A stretch of 63,237 nt of DNA, filler included, from Chiloscyllium plagiosum (taxonomy: Eukaryota): NCBI RefSeq assembly GCF_004010195.1. It is 5 parts of one record of this genome, joined end to end, with 100 filler letters (N's around TTAATTAATTAA, not from the genome) between each part and the next. Parts side by side here need not be neighbours in the genome. Positions count along the whole stretch, not along the records: positions 45,475 to 63,237 come from NC_057711.1; 4 more parts are not named here. One strand, 5' to 3'. Shown in pieces: positions 50,663-63,237 of this stretch (position 1 is the stretch's first letter; the number at the start of each line of letters is the position of its first letter). The position numbers and the translations under genes are program-made. The notes under the pieces were generated by a model that saw only the letters and a list, made by a program, of their open reading frames with translations, did not search any database and was not told the origin of the DNA.

Positions 50663-52851
50663 AAAATGCCTCAAAGCACAATACAGGATTTTTTTTATCA
50701 AGCTCAACATTTCACCTAACCATGTAAGGCAATGACCAAAAGCTTGGCTAAAGAAGTAGGTTTTAAGAAGCCTCATAAATGTGGAGAGAAAAGTAGAAAT
50801 GTGGAGAAATCTTGAGAAGGAAGACCAAGACAGCTTCAGGCACAGTCACCAATAGTGGAGCAATCAAGGTTGGAGATATCCAAGAGGTTAGAAATGAAGA
50901 AATATGGAAATCCTGGAGTGTTATAGTGCTCAAGCTGGTTACAGTGATAAGATGGACTGAACAGATAAAAATGAAACCAAGTGAATGCAGTCTCGTCCAG
51001 CTGTATGTGCCATGTCAAAGGGTGCAGGCAAGTAAAGAGGGATATAGACAGGTTGTTTACTACAGTCAATCACAGAGGATTGTTATGACCTTGTAAAGAG
51101 CTATTTCGGTAACTGAGCACAGATGGAATTTTGATTGGAAAGATCCAAACAGAAAATTACTGGAAAGAAGTGCAAAAACCCAGCATGTATAACCAGGGAA
51201 ATAAAACACAAATTACAGACAGGGAAAATAAATATGTCCAAAGAGCTTATGGAACCACACTTGGAATAACATGCACAGGTTTACTCGCTGAGCTAGATGG
51301 TAAATTTACGGGCAGTTGAGAAAAAGGCAATCTAACTGGTTCCTTATGGGCACACTCTGCATTCATGTGTCAGGTACTGATGCACTTTGTAAGCAAGTTG
51401 GGGAATTGGGTAACGTTTTCATTTTGGCGATATATCAGCACAATCGGACAATCCAGATTAGCCAAAGTTCAGGCTACAATAGATGGCACCTTCATAACTT
51501 GGTCAGTTCTCGTAGTCAACAATGTGGTCTTACTGAACAAGTGCTCAGTCTTAAAAAGAAGTTGTTTTGTGAATATTTGCAATATTGGCAAGACTTCATG
51601 TTTTACCAATCCCTAGTTGTCCTGAGGTAATGCCAATTGGCTTTCATTTTAAGATACTGCAGTTGTTGCAGTAAAATTTCTCTTGCAATAATGAGAGGTA
51701 CAAACTTCCAGGATATTGATTAGCAGCAGTGAAGTAATGGGATATTTCAAGTCAGGATAAAATGGACATGGAGGTGATCCCAAAATAACACTGCTTTCAC
51801 CTTTCTTAGTGATTAAGGCCACAGGAAGAGGAACTGTCAAAGTTAACTTGATTAATTTCTTTGAGTATCAAAAGTAAGCTGCTTGTGATAGAATATAAAG
51901 TCTCCTAGAAGGAAGAAAGCCATTGTTTGTGGACAACATAATATTCCCTTTGCTGCCATAGATACTCGCTCTATTAAAGCTTCCATAATAGTGGCAGAGC
52001 AGTGCTATAACTGCCTTTACCATATAATCAATCTAGTTTTCAATAGGATACTAAAACAGAATTTTATGCTCTTGAGAACCTGGTGGGAGAAGTTCTGCAG
52101 TGAGTTTCAGTTCATGACCCAATTAGTGGTACTGATTTTTGCTTTATTCTGCTGAACTTTGTACATTTTTGTCATTCAAAAAGACCTAGATCTGGATCTT
52201 CCTGGGTAAGTGGCTTCAGCTGCTTTGATTGAATCACTATGTGGAGGAGAGCGTCAGGGTGAGTATCACTCGGATGAAATCTCAAGAACCGCTGGAATTG
52301 ATCACATTTCATAATGGACATTCTCTCTTGTTTGACGCACTGTATCTCCCTCACCAGTGCTTTAATTACTCTTCTCCCACATTTAAATGAATGACAAGTC
52401 CTTCAATCCAGTACCCAACCTGCAACACAATGCTTTGTGCCACATATGACATTGCTAAGAATAACAATCTAACTGAATGGGTTGGATAGGAATGTCTCCC
52501 CACACCAACATGATGGGCAGAGTAAAGTCAGGAGGGGGCATGAAAACCTAGTACATCCAAAATGTGACACTAGTCCGAATCTGACCTGCCTACCTTCAAT
52601 TTTACCCCAATGAGTGGTGAAGCGTACATGTGTGTCAGCTTGGAAGTTTTATTAACATATTTAAATTAGAGTTCCATAGAAATCCTTCAGGTGGTTTTAT
52701 TAGCATATTTAAATCAGGGTCCCATAGAAGTCCTTGCTGGGTTATGGCAGTTTACTTATGAATGGAGAAGGAGCTGTTGACTCAAGTACAGTGCATTTTC
52801 TAACATTTCCTGTGGACCAAGAGGAACAAGGAAGTCTATGACCTCCCTTTA

Positions 52852-53055
52852 TAAAGTTAAAAATCACACACCAGGTTATAGCCCAACAGGTTTATTTGGA
52901 AACACTAGCTTTCAGAGTGCTGCTCCTTCATCAGGTCCTTCATCAGTACTAACAGCACTCCAAAAGCTAGTGCTTCCAAATAAACCTGTTGGACCTGGTG
53001 TTGTGTGATTTTTAACTTTGTACACCCCAGTCCAATACCAGCACCTCCGAATCAT
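52852..53055. mobile_element. Penelope-derived palindrome (family B) with a minus-strand hammerhead motif at 52903-52937
   Basis: aaagttaaaaatcaca / tgtgatttttaacttt arms. Minus strand reads CTGATGA a GGAG cagca CTCT GAAAGCTA gtg. Confidence 0.8.
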
Positions 53056-53489
53056 CCTTTTATGAATGTAGCCTTGCTTATAGCCTCTGCTGAGGTTAGT
53101 CATTTGTTGTACCAACCCAAAATCTAGAGCTTGCCCTGTAATCACAAACAATCCTCTGCACAGAGCCTGATCTATCACCTGCTCCATGAGTGTGTTAAGT
53201 CACAAACTCCACCCCTACCCTCAACCCGTCCCCACTGGCAAGACTTGATCTGTCGCCTGAACCTCCAAATTACCAGGAAATGTCCCCAAGGATTGACAAC
53301 TGGGCCTTATTCACTTGTGCTTCTGGTCTGGTAGCCAGTCAAAATGTGAGAACAAAATCCTGCCAAATTGTATCCCAGGGCGTGAAAGGCTCTTCAGCCA
53401 TTCTCCTGCTCCTTCTTACCTCACTATAAATACTTGGACAAGAGGTCAGCATTAGTTAACTGCACTTGTGGCTTTACAGATAACTGGAA

Positions 53490-54185
53490 GTAGCTACAGA
53501 GATAGTGATGCACTGGTGATAATCTTTCAGGAATGCTTAAATTCTGGATAAGTCCCAAAAGATTGGAAAACTGCCAATGTAGCACCTTTATTTAAAAAAG
53601 GAAAGAGGGAAAAAAGACAGGTAACTTTAGACCAGTTAACATCTGTTATTGGGAAAATGTTAGAATCAGTTGTAAAGAGATTAGATCATTTAGAAATATG
53701 TTATTTTTCAGTGTAGTCAGCATGACTTCCTGAAGAAGAAATCCGGCCTGACATATTTACTAGAACTCTTTGAAGAGATAACAAACGGGATGGATAAAGG
53801 GAAAGCTGTGGATGTATTTGGATCTTCAGAAGATGTTTGAACAGATATCACACATGTTAGGCTACTTAATAAGATAAGAGGCAGTTAACTAATGCTGACC
53901 TGTTGTCCTAATATTGGGGGTAGGATATTAGTATGGACAGAAGATTGGCTAGCTAATAGGAGACAGAAAGTTTGTTTAAGGGAGCATTTTCAGGATGACC
54001 ATCTGTAACTAGTCAACTGTCATTTCTTGCATGAGGAAAATTAATGGGCTAAGTTTGTGGATGAAACAAAAATAGTTGGAAATGCTAGAGGTGGGATGAC
54101 AGAAACTGTAAATGATATAGAAACTTGGCAGATAGAAATTCATGTGGGAAAATATGAGGAAGACTGAATGAGCTGAATATTACTT
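53490..54185 (+). mobile_element. Decayed CR1 RT fragment
   Basis: VPKDWKTANVAPLFKKG...GNFRPV, DLQKMF and KFVDETK. Confidence 0.8.
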
Positions 54186-54566
54186 AGTCATAAATTCATA
54201 GAGATAGACAGCACAGAAACAGATATTTTGGTCCAACTCGTCATGTTGACCAGATATCCTAAATAAATCTAGTCCCATTTACCAGCACTTAGTCCACATC
54301 CCTCCAAACCCTTCCTATTCATATACACATCGAGATGCCTTTTAAATGTTATAATTGTACCAGCCTCCACCATTTCCTCTGGCAGCTCATTCCATATACG
54401 TATTACCCTCGGCATGAAAAAGTTGCCTGTAGGGGTCTTTTTATACCTTTTCCCCCTCACCTGAAACCCATGCCCTCTAATTTTGGACTCTCCCACCATG
54501 GGAAAAGACTTTGTCTATTTATCCAATCCATGCTCCTCAAGATTTTATAAACCTCTATAAGGTCAG
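54186..54566 (-). mobile_element. HER1/CR1 3' end
   Basis: DLIEVYKI...WNELPEEMVEAGTIITFKRHLD plus 3' UTR. Confidence 0.9.
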
Positions 54567-54569
54567 GAG

Positions 54570-55620
54570 AAGTAAGCATACTTCTCGAACAAACTCGAAA
54601 GCAACCAGAAGTGAGATGGCATTCTTCTGGGTGGATATATGTACCATTGTTTCTCATATGTAAATTTCTCTGAACAATAGTTTACCATACCTGTGCAGCA
54701 ATACAATCATGTGACAGAAGCCATCATGATCTCACGTCAATCTGTTCCTGGGAAAGAGCCATTGCGAACTGCAAGTCATGGCACTGCAGTGTAGCATATA
54801 TCTGCTCCATGAAACTGCTGACCTTGTCCTTATAAGTAGTAGAGGTTGCATGCTTTACAGTGTTGTCTACTTGGTGAGTTGCTGCAGTGCATCTCATAGT
54901 ACACACTGTGTGTTCGAGTGAATGATTGTGGATGTGGGGCCAATCAATCAGGCTGTTTTGTCATGGATGGTGTCAAGCATCTTGAGTATTGTTGGAGCTG
55001 CACTCATTCAGGCAAGTAGGGAGGATTTCATCACACTCCTGACTTGTGCTTTGTGGATAATGGAGAGAATTTTGAGGAGTCAGAAGATGAGTTACTCACC
55101 ACAAGATTCCTAGCCTATGTTCTGCTTTAGCCGCCACAGTATTAACATAGCTGTTCCAATCCAGTTTCTGATCAATGGTAACCCACAGGACATAGATTGT
55201 GGGGAAATTCCCTGAAGCTTTGGGTGCAAATATTGCTTTCCAATAATCCTTGCAATTCCAAATGTTGTCTGTATCTTTCTACATATGGATACAGCATGCT
55301 TTGATATCTTAAGAGCAGTGAACATTGTGCAATCATCAGTGAACATTCCACTTTAGATCTTGTGGTCAGGGAAGATCATTGATTAAGCAGTTGAAGATGG
55401 TTGGAATGGAATGTCCTGGAGCTGAGATGTTTGACCTAGCCATCTATTTTATGCTAGGTATGACTCCAACTAATGGAGAGATTTCCTCTGGTTTCCATTG
55501 ATTCTATGCTAGGGACTTCTTGATGTCACACTCGGTCAAATATGGCCTTGATATCAAGAGCAATCACTTCTTCTATCCATGCTTGGACCAAGCCTGTAAT
55601 GAGGTCAGAAGCTGAGTAAC
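54570..55620 (-). mobile_element. Old LINE RT fragment (CR1/L2 group)
   Basis: MFTDDCTMF (FADD-like) and the LDIKAIFDRV motif on the minus strand. Confidence 0.7.
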
Positions 55621-57494
55621 ATTAGCTCTAGTATCATCCTTTTGGTTTGGTTTAGTTTACAAATATTGAGCTAAGAATGGCTAGTTTGTTTTTATACTAA
55701 CAGCACCTGGCCATGATATGTCAAATTCAGGACTATAATGATGGAATTGTATAATTTGCTACCTCTGGTTAGACTGAAACATCTGGCACATAATTAAATT
55801 TTCTTGAGCTGAGTTAATTCTGTAACACTTTTAAAACTAAAAGCCATTAGATTAGTTCCAACTTATCCAGCAGCAGGTTTCATTCTCTTCAAAAAAATGG
55901 CTTCAGACGTGGCCAAGAAGTTGAAAATTATTAATTTATCTAATGTTCCACTTTTCTGTAAATGTGTCAGGTATTGGTACTTGTATCATAGTTAGAAACA
56001 GGATACTTTGTCAGAGGATTTGTTTTTCAATAGCAGCAATTGCTGACAACCCTCTTATGCTTTTGTAATAAAACACAAGTTATCATTTGAAATCTACACA
56101 TTAAGAAGCAATACCATTGTTTGTTCCTCTGAATTTACAGGGTTAATTAGGTCCTAAAGTTTGAGAGCAGATAGAAAAGAATATAATCATCACTGCAAAA
56201 TATGATTTATTCAGAATATTTTTGTTATATGTTTTATATATTTTCTCCAAAATAAGCCTGTTTAGCTTGAGCCTATCTCAACACCCACTAACAGTTTGCT
56301 AATGGAAGGCTTCTCCCTGGTACATGCAGACAGAAGCATGATCTGTCAGTTTGAAAATTGTCATCTGTACTATAAAGTGGAAATGTTGTAACAAAATTAA
56401 TTCTAATTAGAAATGATATTCATTTCCAGTTGTTTCATTATTGGTGGTTTTATCTTGAAACAGCAGCAGTGTTAGATGGTGACCAACTATTTTCCTTGAA
56501 ATCCACTTGTTGAATATGCTGGTGGTATTGATATTGGGCTGTTACGCATTTAGAGCTCTTGTTTCCATGGCAGCGGATCTCAGCATCTAGGAAGAGGGAT
56601 ATAACAGACAATTCAGAGAAAACCATTTCTAGCTTACAGATTAGTATGCAGTACCACACAAGCATACCTTCTGTATCGGCAGTTATATTTACAGAACATG
56701 AATACTGCCTGGTGCATGGATAGAACTTGTTTTGTTTTCCTTGCCTTAACAAATACCTAGAAATTGTAGAGACTGTTTTAAGGAAGATAAAGATTAATTT
56801 TCATAAGAGTCTAAATTTTTGGGCTATATCAAAGTAGCAAACAGCAACGTGGAGCTGAATTTTACAGGCTGTCTGTGAATGGAAAATCAGGCGGGTGAGC
56901 AAAAATCGAATGGCACTATGCCTTTGGCGGCCTACCCACCACCAGACCTTCAGCCCTGCATGACTTTGTGAGCTGTGTGGGTGGTTTAACGTGGGTTGCC
57001 TGCCAAAGGCTTGTGGCCATCAAATGGGCCGCTAGCGTCCAATTGGAAAGCCTCATCCTGGTGAAATTCTGATATAGCAGTTGGTATGAGAGATCAGCAA
57101 CCAACATGTAGGCTGGGATGTTTAGCTCTGTGGGCTTCTAGTTAATTAAAGAAGCAGAGGAAGCCTCCATCGTGGACCATCTGGTGCCACTCAGAGACCA
57201 CCTTCCCATAGTTTTACCATCCACATTCTCCCTGCCCCATCCAACAAGCACTCCTCACTCTCCCTTGCTGCCAACCTACCTTAGTGAGGTCACGGATGTC
57301 TGGGTCTATCGCTGCACGCCACTGCTTAGCTCAACTGTTAGCACTAGCAATGGTCACTGCTCCCACTGGCACTGCAAAGTTGGTTTCATACTGATAGGCT
57401 GCTCAAGGAGGCAGAATGTTGTGCTGAAGATGGATGGAAGTCACACAATATTAATTAAATGGACGTGAGCTGCCTTCAATAAAAGTAGCTTAAG

Positions 57495-57770
57495 ATGGAG
57501 ATCTCCTGGTCAAGATCAAAATAAGGATTTTTATTTCTTATTAGTGCTTGGAACTTTCTTCCCCAGAAAGGATTGGAGGCTGGGTATTTAAATTAAGCCA
57601 GAGATGGACAAATGTTTGATAGATAACAGAGTCAATGGTATGGCATGCAAACCAAAAAGTGGAGTTGGGAACACAACCTGATCAGCCATGATCATATTGA
57701 ATGGTGACAAAGGCATAAAGGACCAAATGGCCTACTCCTGCTCCTAAAATATATGTCCCCATGTCATATA
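57495..57770 (+). mobile_element. CR1 3' end
   Basis: tcagccatgatcatattgaatgg...ggcctactcctgctcct tail. Confidence 0.7.
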
Positions 57771-58279
57771 TGAAATAATCAAAAGGCCAATGAAATGCTG
57801 GCCTATATATATCTTAGTAAACAGAAGTAGAAGTCATTCTTCAAATATATACATTATCTTTATGAAATTTCTTGAGTCAGTCTAAACTTCTTTGTATTTT
57901 GTCCTACAGTAGAAAATGTAACATTTACCCAGGAGGGGAAAAAAAATCTATTTTACTTTCTCTTTCTGTGTTCTCCTCTTGTTATTTTTCCTCTGTGTAT
58001 TCTTTCATTATTAAACATTGTAGGCTCTTCACAAATTTATTGTCTCTAATTCTCCTCTCATTTGCGGAGAATAAGGTTTTCTCATTCAAATGTTGGTCTT
58101 CTGGATGTTGTTGAACAGAATTTGTACGAATAGAAGGTACTTTTGATTCTTGTTTGTGAATTGAACATGTGAGACGTTTGGATATCATTTTGTCCAAAGA
58201 AATGAAGAGACCCAACCATCAAACCAAACACAATGCTCTGACTTTACACTTTGCAATGCCTAAATGTAGGTAAATTAAA

Positions 58280-58445
58280 ACCAAAAGAACTGTGGATGCT
58301 GTAATGAGAAACAAAAACAGAAATTGCTGGAAAAGCTCAGCAGGTCTGGCAACACCTGTGGAGAGAAATCAGAGTTGACGTTTTGGAGGAAGGGTCACTT
58401 AACTCTGATTTATCTCCACAGATGCTGCCAGACCTGCTGACTTTA
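58280..58445. mobile_element. Penelope-derived palindrome
   Basis: tcagcaggtctggca...gtggagagaaatcagagtt / aactctgatttatctccacag...ccagacctgctga. A related half-copy lies at 18450-18520. Confidence 0.75.
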
Positions 58446-58649
58446 ACATAAATTCTCAAAACTCAGTATTCTTGGGACTACTAATCTATCATCAAATCTA
58501 TTATCAATCACTCCTGGGTGGACTCTCTGCTTGAAATATGGTTTCAAATATGACTGTATGCTTTATACATGTTGGTTACCTCTAACAGAAAGTTCTTTAA
58601 TCTGCTTACATTCCTTGTCTTATTTTTGAGCAAAGTAAGAAGTCATCAG

Positions 58650-59385
58650 ATGATAGTCCAACAGGTTTATTTGAAATCACAAGCTTTTGGATGCCTCTTC
58701 GTCAGGTTAAGTGAGGAGATGATACACATGCACAGAATTTATAATCCGAGAGATCAAATGATCATACAAATAGTGTGAGTGGAGTGTCGACAGGCTGAAT
58801 ATTAAGTCTCTGAAGGTGATCGAGTGTCAAACAGTGTGAGTAAAGGGTTAACAACTGAATAACAAGTGAACGAATGATCTATCATCTAATTAATTAAGGT
58901 ATAGAGATAATTACAAAAAATTAAAAATAACTTAAGACAAATCAAATGAGTGGAATAACATGATAGGTATGAGAGTCACATGCTGAGGGTCTAATCCAAA
59001 ATTGTACAATCTATTTAACATAGAGGAATCATAAGTTATCAAGGTTATGGTATCAAAACAGGACAGTAACAAAGATTTCATAGATACAGAACAGTGTGGT
59101 GAGGTCACATGTAGTGCGACATGAACCCAAGATCACAGCTGAGCCTGTTTTCATGGGTACTGAACTTGGCTATCAGTTTCTGCTCAGCGATTCTGCTGTT
59201 TATCTTGAAGTCTGCTATGGAGGATGCTTACCTAAAGATCTGAGGCCAATGTCCTTATCTGCTGAAATGTTCCCCAACTGGGAGGGAACATTCCTGTCTA
59301 GTGATTGATGTGCAGTGTCCTTTCATCGAAGCTGGCCTTCAAGACTTGTCCACCCCAGTCCAATACCGACACCTTCACATCATGG
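58650..59385 (-). mobile_element. Penelope (family B-related) 3' region
   Basis: atagtccaacaggtttattt terminus with a degenerate hammerhead. Antisense endonuclease end (AEQKLIAKFSTHENRLSCDLGFMSHY). Confidence 0.75.
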
Positions 59386-59721
59386 TTTTTGAGCGTCTCT
59401 GATTTCACTCAGTTTTCATGTAGTTACTGGCAGTGTATAATCTGTTATTGTAGCAAACTCCTTGAATTCTATCACAAATTCAATTGTTTCTAAAATCACT
59501 ATCTCAATAAATGAAAATGCATTTGTGCTCCTCCAAGGGAACCAGATACAACATTTCCAAGTTGGCTGAGGGCCCAAACGGGTGTTGTGTTGTTGTGAGA
59601 AGGATACCAGGCAGCTTCAAGGCAATTTAGACAAGTTGAGTGAATGGGCAAACACATGGCTGTTAATTGCCTTGAGACCACAACTGAAGTATTGAGCGCA
59701 GGTTTGATCTGGGAGAAAGAG

Positions 59722-60408
59722 ACGACATGCAAATGCTGGAAATCAGAGACAAAAAAAGTGACGGTGGAAAAGCACAGCATGTCAGGCAGTATCCAAGGAG
59801 CAGGAGAACCAACGTTTCGGACACGAGCTGTTCATTGGGAATGTGAGGGAGGAGAAGGGGTCAGAGAGATAAGTAAGAGGATGATTGTGGGGCAATAGGT
59901 AGATGGAAGTCAGGGGGTGATGGTGACAGGTTGGAGGGGTGGGTAGAGCAGACAGGTGGCAAGGAAGATGGATAGATAGGACAGTTCAAGAGGGTAGTGC
60001 CGAGTTAAGAGGGTTGGATCTGGGATGAGGTGGGGGAAGGGGAGATGAGGAAACTGGTGAAATCAACATTGATGCTGAATGATTGGAGGGTCCCAAGGCG
60101 GAAAATGAGGTGTTCTTCCTCCAGGCGTCAGGTGGCTTGGAGAAGGCCCAAGACTTGCATGTCTTTGGCAGAGTGGGAGGGCAAGTTGAAGTGGTTGGTC
60201 ATGGGACGGATTGTTGTTTCGTGCATATGTCCTAGAGATGTTTCCTAAAATGTTATGCGAGTTGGCATCCCGTCTTCTCAATGTAGAGGCAATCACGTTG
60301 AGAGCAATGGACATGGTAAATGAGGTGTTTGGATGTGCAGGAAAATCTCTGCCAGATGTGGAAGGATCCTTTTGGGCCTTGGACGGAGGTGATGGGGAGG
60401 TATGGGTT
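59722..60408 (-). mobile_element. Penelope (family A-related) GIY-YIG end plus terminal repeat, decayed
   Basis: Antisense GPKGSFHIWQRFSCTSKHLIY..RCSQ...LYIE and EEHLIFRLGTLQ. Terminus at 59722-59843. Confidence 0.82.
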
Positions 60409-60479
60409 TGATCTCCTTACCTATGAATAAATATACTTATAGAGGGAGTGCATCGTAAAATCACAAGGTGGAAACTGGG

Positions 60480-60915
60480 GATGGCAGGACTGTGAGGACA
60501 AATTGATTGGACTGGGCCTGTATTCACTAGAGTTTAGAAGGATGGGAGAGGATCTGATTGAACCATATAAAATTCTAACCAAGTTGGACCTACTAGAATG
60601 CATGGAGGATGTTTTCCCTGACTGGGGAGTTTCGAACCCATGGACACAATCTCACGATATGGAGTAGAATATTTAGAATTATGATGAGGTAAAGATCTTC
60701 AACTAGTGGAATTCACTACCACTGAAACCTGTGGAGGCCAAGTCACTGAATATATTCAAGAAACAGATAGGGGAAAAAATGATTTTAAAAGCATCAAGGC
60801 GTATGGGGAGAATGCAAGAATATGGCATTGAGATTGAGGATTGGCATGATCACATTGAATGGCAGAGCAGGCTTGAAGGGCTGAATGGCCTACTTCTGCT
60901 CCAAGTTTCTATGTT
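60480..60915 (+). mobile_element. CR1 3' end
   Basis: LGLYSLEFRRMGEDLIEPYKIL...EAKSLNIFKKQI plus 3' UTR. Confidence 0.85.
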
Positions 60916-62061
60916 GTTTCCATTGAACAAGTACTACATATTAAACCTCACCAACTTTAATTTGAAACTTTGAATGCTAGATGGTATTGATATAAGATCT
61001 TTCAAGTGTGATACCGTGGGGCTAAACATTTCATATCATTATGTGGATACCTAGGTAAGGTCAGCAAAGTTTTCACATGTTCATCTAGTTATGAATGCTT
61101 CTTTTCAATTACTGTGCATTTTTCCTCTGTCAGTTAATAACCATGCTACATAATAGACTGATCTGCGTTTTCCATCGTTTTGAACCTGAAAACATTTGCC
61201 CTCAATCTTGTAGAGAATGTATTGACTGCAATAATTATAGGTAATTTTAGATAGTAATATGTTACTATCCCTGATTACATCAGCTTCTCCTTGATAATTT
61301 TCAAAATATGTCTGATGTGCTGCTTCTCAACAGCATTCATTGTTTTGTGTAACAATTGGTGTCTTGGCTTGTTGAGCTCTGTTAAGTTTTCTTTTGGAAA
61401 TTTTGATACTTGATTCAACATTTTTTATATGAACCTTTGTATCACCATAATGTTCATTGCAGCTGCAAGTTATTTAATGATCCTGCCCTTCAACGGACCA
61501 ATCTTTATTTTGGATGCACTCTCTATGTGACCAAGAAATCTGACTGTCAACAATGAAATCTCATACTTACAGTTAACCGTCAATCCTGTCACTTCTAGTC
61601 TTTTCTGCACTGCACTCTCACCTCATGCTCAACTTGAGTGGGCCCATCTATCAGCACATTAACCATTTTTGGTAAAGAATTCCTTGTAAGATCTCTAAAA
61701 ATGTTTGAAGTTGTTTGTTGAAAGATTCCTGGTGTTGATATTATTCCAAAGGAAAGTCAAAACAGAATCTTCCAAATGGGGTTATGCATGTCGTGAGAAG
61801 CTTAGATTGCTGTTTTCATGGCATTTAATAGAATCCACTGTTAACTTAGAGAATATTAAATTCTTCATTGATTAAGCTAAACTGTCAATTACTGATGCTA
61901 TTTGACGGACCTCTCCTTTCACAGCTTTGTTGAATTGTGCAAGATCAAAATATATTCTTATGCAACTGTTATTTTTTTCCTGAGCACCAACTTGTTTTCT
62001 CTTTTGATTAACCTTTCACAATTCTTTACTTCACCTATTCTGTGAATTAGATTCAATTCAA

Positions 62062-62195
62062 AGAGTCATACTCATACAGCATGGAAATAGATCCTTTGGT
62101 CCAAACAATCCATGCTGAACATAATCCCAAACTAAACTAGTCCCACCTGCCTGCTCCTGGCCCTACCCCTCCAAACCTTTCCTATTAATATACAA
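62062..62195 (-). mobile_element. HER1 3' UTR fragment
   Basis: Matches 11168-11300. Confidence 0.8.
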
Positions 62196-63029
62196 CTTTC
62201 TGCATAAGAATGAATGAATAACTCTGATCTTGAATTTGTACAGTACTTCAGTAATTACTTTGTCTCTGTGTGCTTTTTAGTTGATAGTTGTCTCAGAATC
62301 TTCAGCTCTGTTCTGTTTGGACCATGTAGCTTTTGCATGATGATTGACTAACAAATGAGTCAAAGGTTTTTAGGATAGACAAGAATGTGGAGTTAGGGCT
62401 ATCAGATCAGAATCAGATTTGCCGTAACCTGATTGAATGGCGGACAGGCTCAAGTTGCTGAATGGCTTTCTGCTGATCCTAATTCATATGTTTGTAATTG
62501 CTCCACTTTTGAAAGAACTCAAATTGCTCCTCTAGTATGTAATGTAAAGGTTTTTGTTTAAACTTCTACCAGAATCTCTGCAGTGAAATAATTTTCACTT
62601 ATTTTTTAAAATTTCCTCCTAAGAAGGGTGTCTCAGTATCTTCTTGGAACTTTTATTTAACTGACTCAGTTTCCTTTTAAAAGATTTTCTTTTTGAGTGG
62701 TCTGCCTGTTGTTTTTTCTATAACATACTGTTAGAAAATGCCCCTTCATTTTATATTAAAGATAATACACATCTTCGGTGGGACAATTTCCGTGTCTTTG
62801 CCATACCAACTTGTCTTGTCTACTTCCAATCAATTGCTTTTCTTGCCACACCTTTTTTCTTTACTCTTATTTTCACCATTTTATGATTATTTCAACTGGA
62901 TCTGTAAATTTTGGATTTGGTATCTCTGTCTGTTTGTGTCTGTCTCTCTCTCTCTCTATATCTCTCCCTTCCTCCTTCTCTTTGATTACTGATTGGTTCA
63001 GCCTCCTGATCTTGCCCTGTCTACTCAAT

Positions 63030-63237
63030 TGCTGAAAATGTGTTGCTGGAAAAGCGCAGCAGATCAGGCAGCATCCAAGGAGCAGGAGAATCGACGTTTC
63101 GGGCATAAGCCCTTCTTCAGGAATGAGGAAAGTGTGTCCAGCAGGCTAAGATAAAAGGTAGGGAGGAGGGACTTGGGGAAGGGGCGTTGGAAATGCGATA
63201 GGTGGAAGGAGGTCAAGGTGAGGGTGATAGGCCAGAG
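63030..63237 (-). mobile_element. Young Penelope (family A) 3' terminal repeat, continuing beyond the window
   Basis: Near-exact reverse complement of 45475-45625. Confidence 0.9.
63088..63124 (-). ncRNA. Minimal hammerhead ribozyme motif (family A), intact
   Basis: Minus strand: attc CTGAAGA a GGGC ttat GCCC GAAAC GTC gatt. Confidence 0.75.

Noticed and set aside
56553..56603. tttag|AGCTCT... as the next TLE4 exon (expected to start SS)
   Set aside because: It translates SSCFHGSGSQHLGRGI*, with no match to SSSVSPSASFR and an early stop.
56850..57480. Possible Harbinger-type non-autonomous element (gctgaatttt start; similar start at ~21717)
   Set aside because: Could not identify a matching second TIR or a TSD.

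Overview
Eukaryotic (vertebrate) genomic DNA, almost certainly from a shark or other elasmobranch, judged by its HE1-type SINEs, HER1/CR1 LINEs and many Penelope-like elements. The only host coding sequence I can support is two + strand exons of a Groucho/TLE co-repressor, best matching TLE4: the GP-domain exon (9223-9406) and the 17-nt 'DRDSVK' microexon (14067-14083). I found neither the preceding Q-domain exon nor the following CcN exon, so the rest of the window appears to be intron. That intron is filled with CR1/HER1 LINEs (two near-full-length copies, head to head), a decayed L1, Gypsy remnants, a Rex1-like fragment, SINEs, a 9-bp-TSD foldback/MULE-like MITE and many Penelope-derived palindromes. 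The palindromes carry minimal hammerhead-ribozyme cores from three families. Four identical 100-bp N/TTAATTAATTAA spacers are artificial joins, and three of them have discordant flanks. Most ORFs in the supplied track are TE fragments or chance ORFs. I found no clearly new biological system. The best leads are the covarying hammerhead set, the splicing architecture of the TLE4 exons and the MITE. Repeat boundaries are approximate, and all comparisons to known families are from recall, not database searches.
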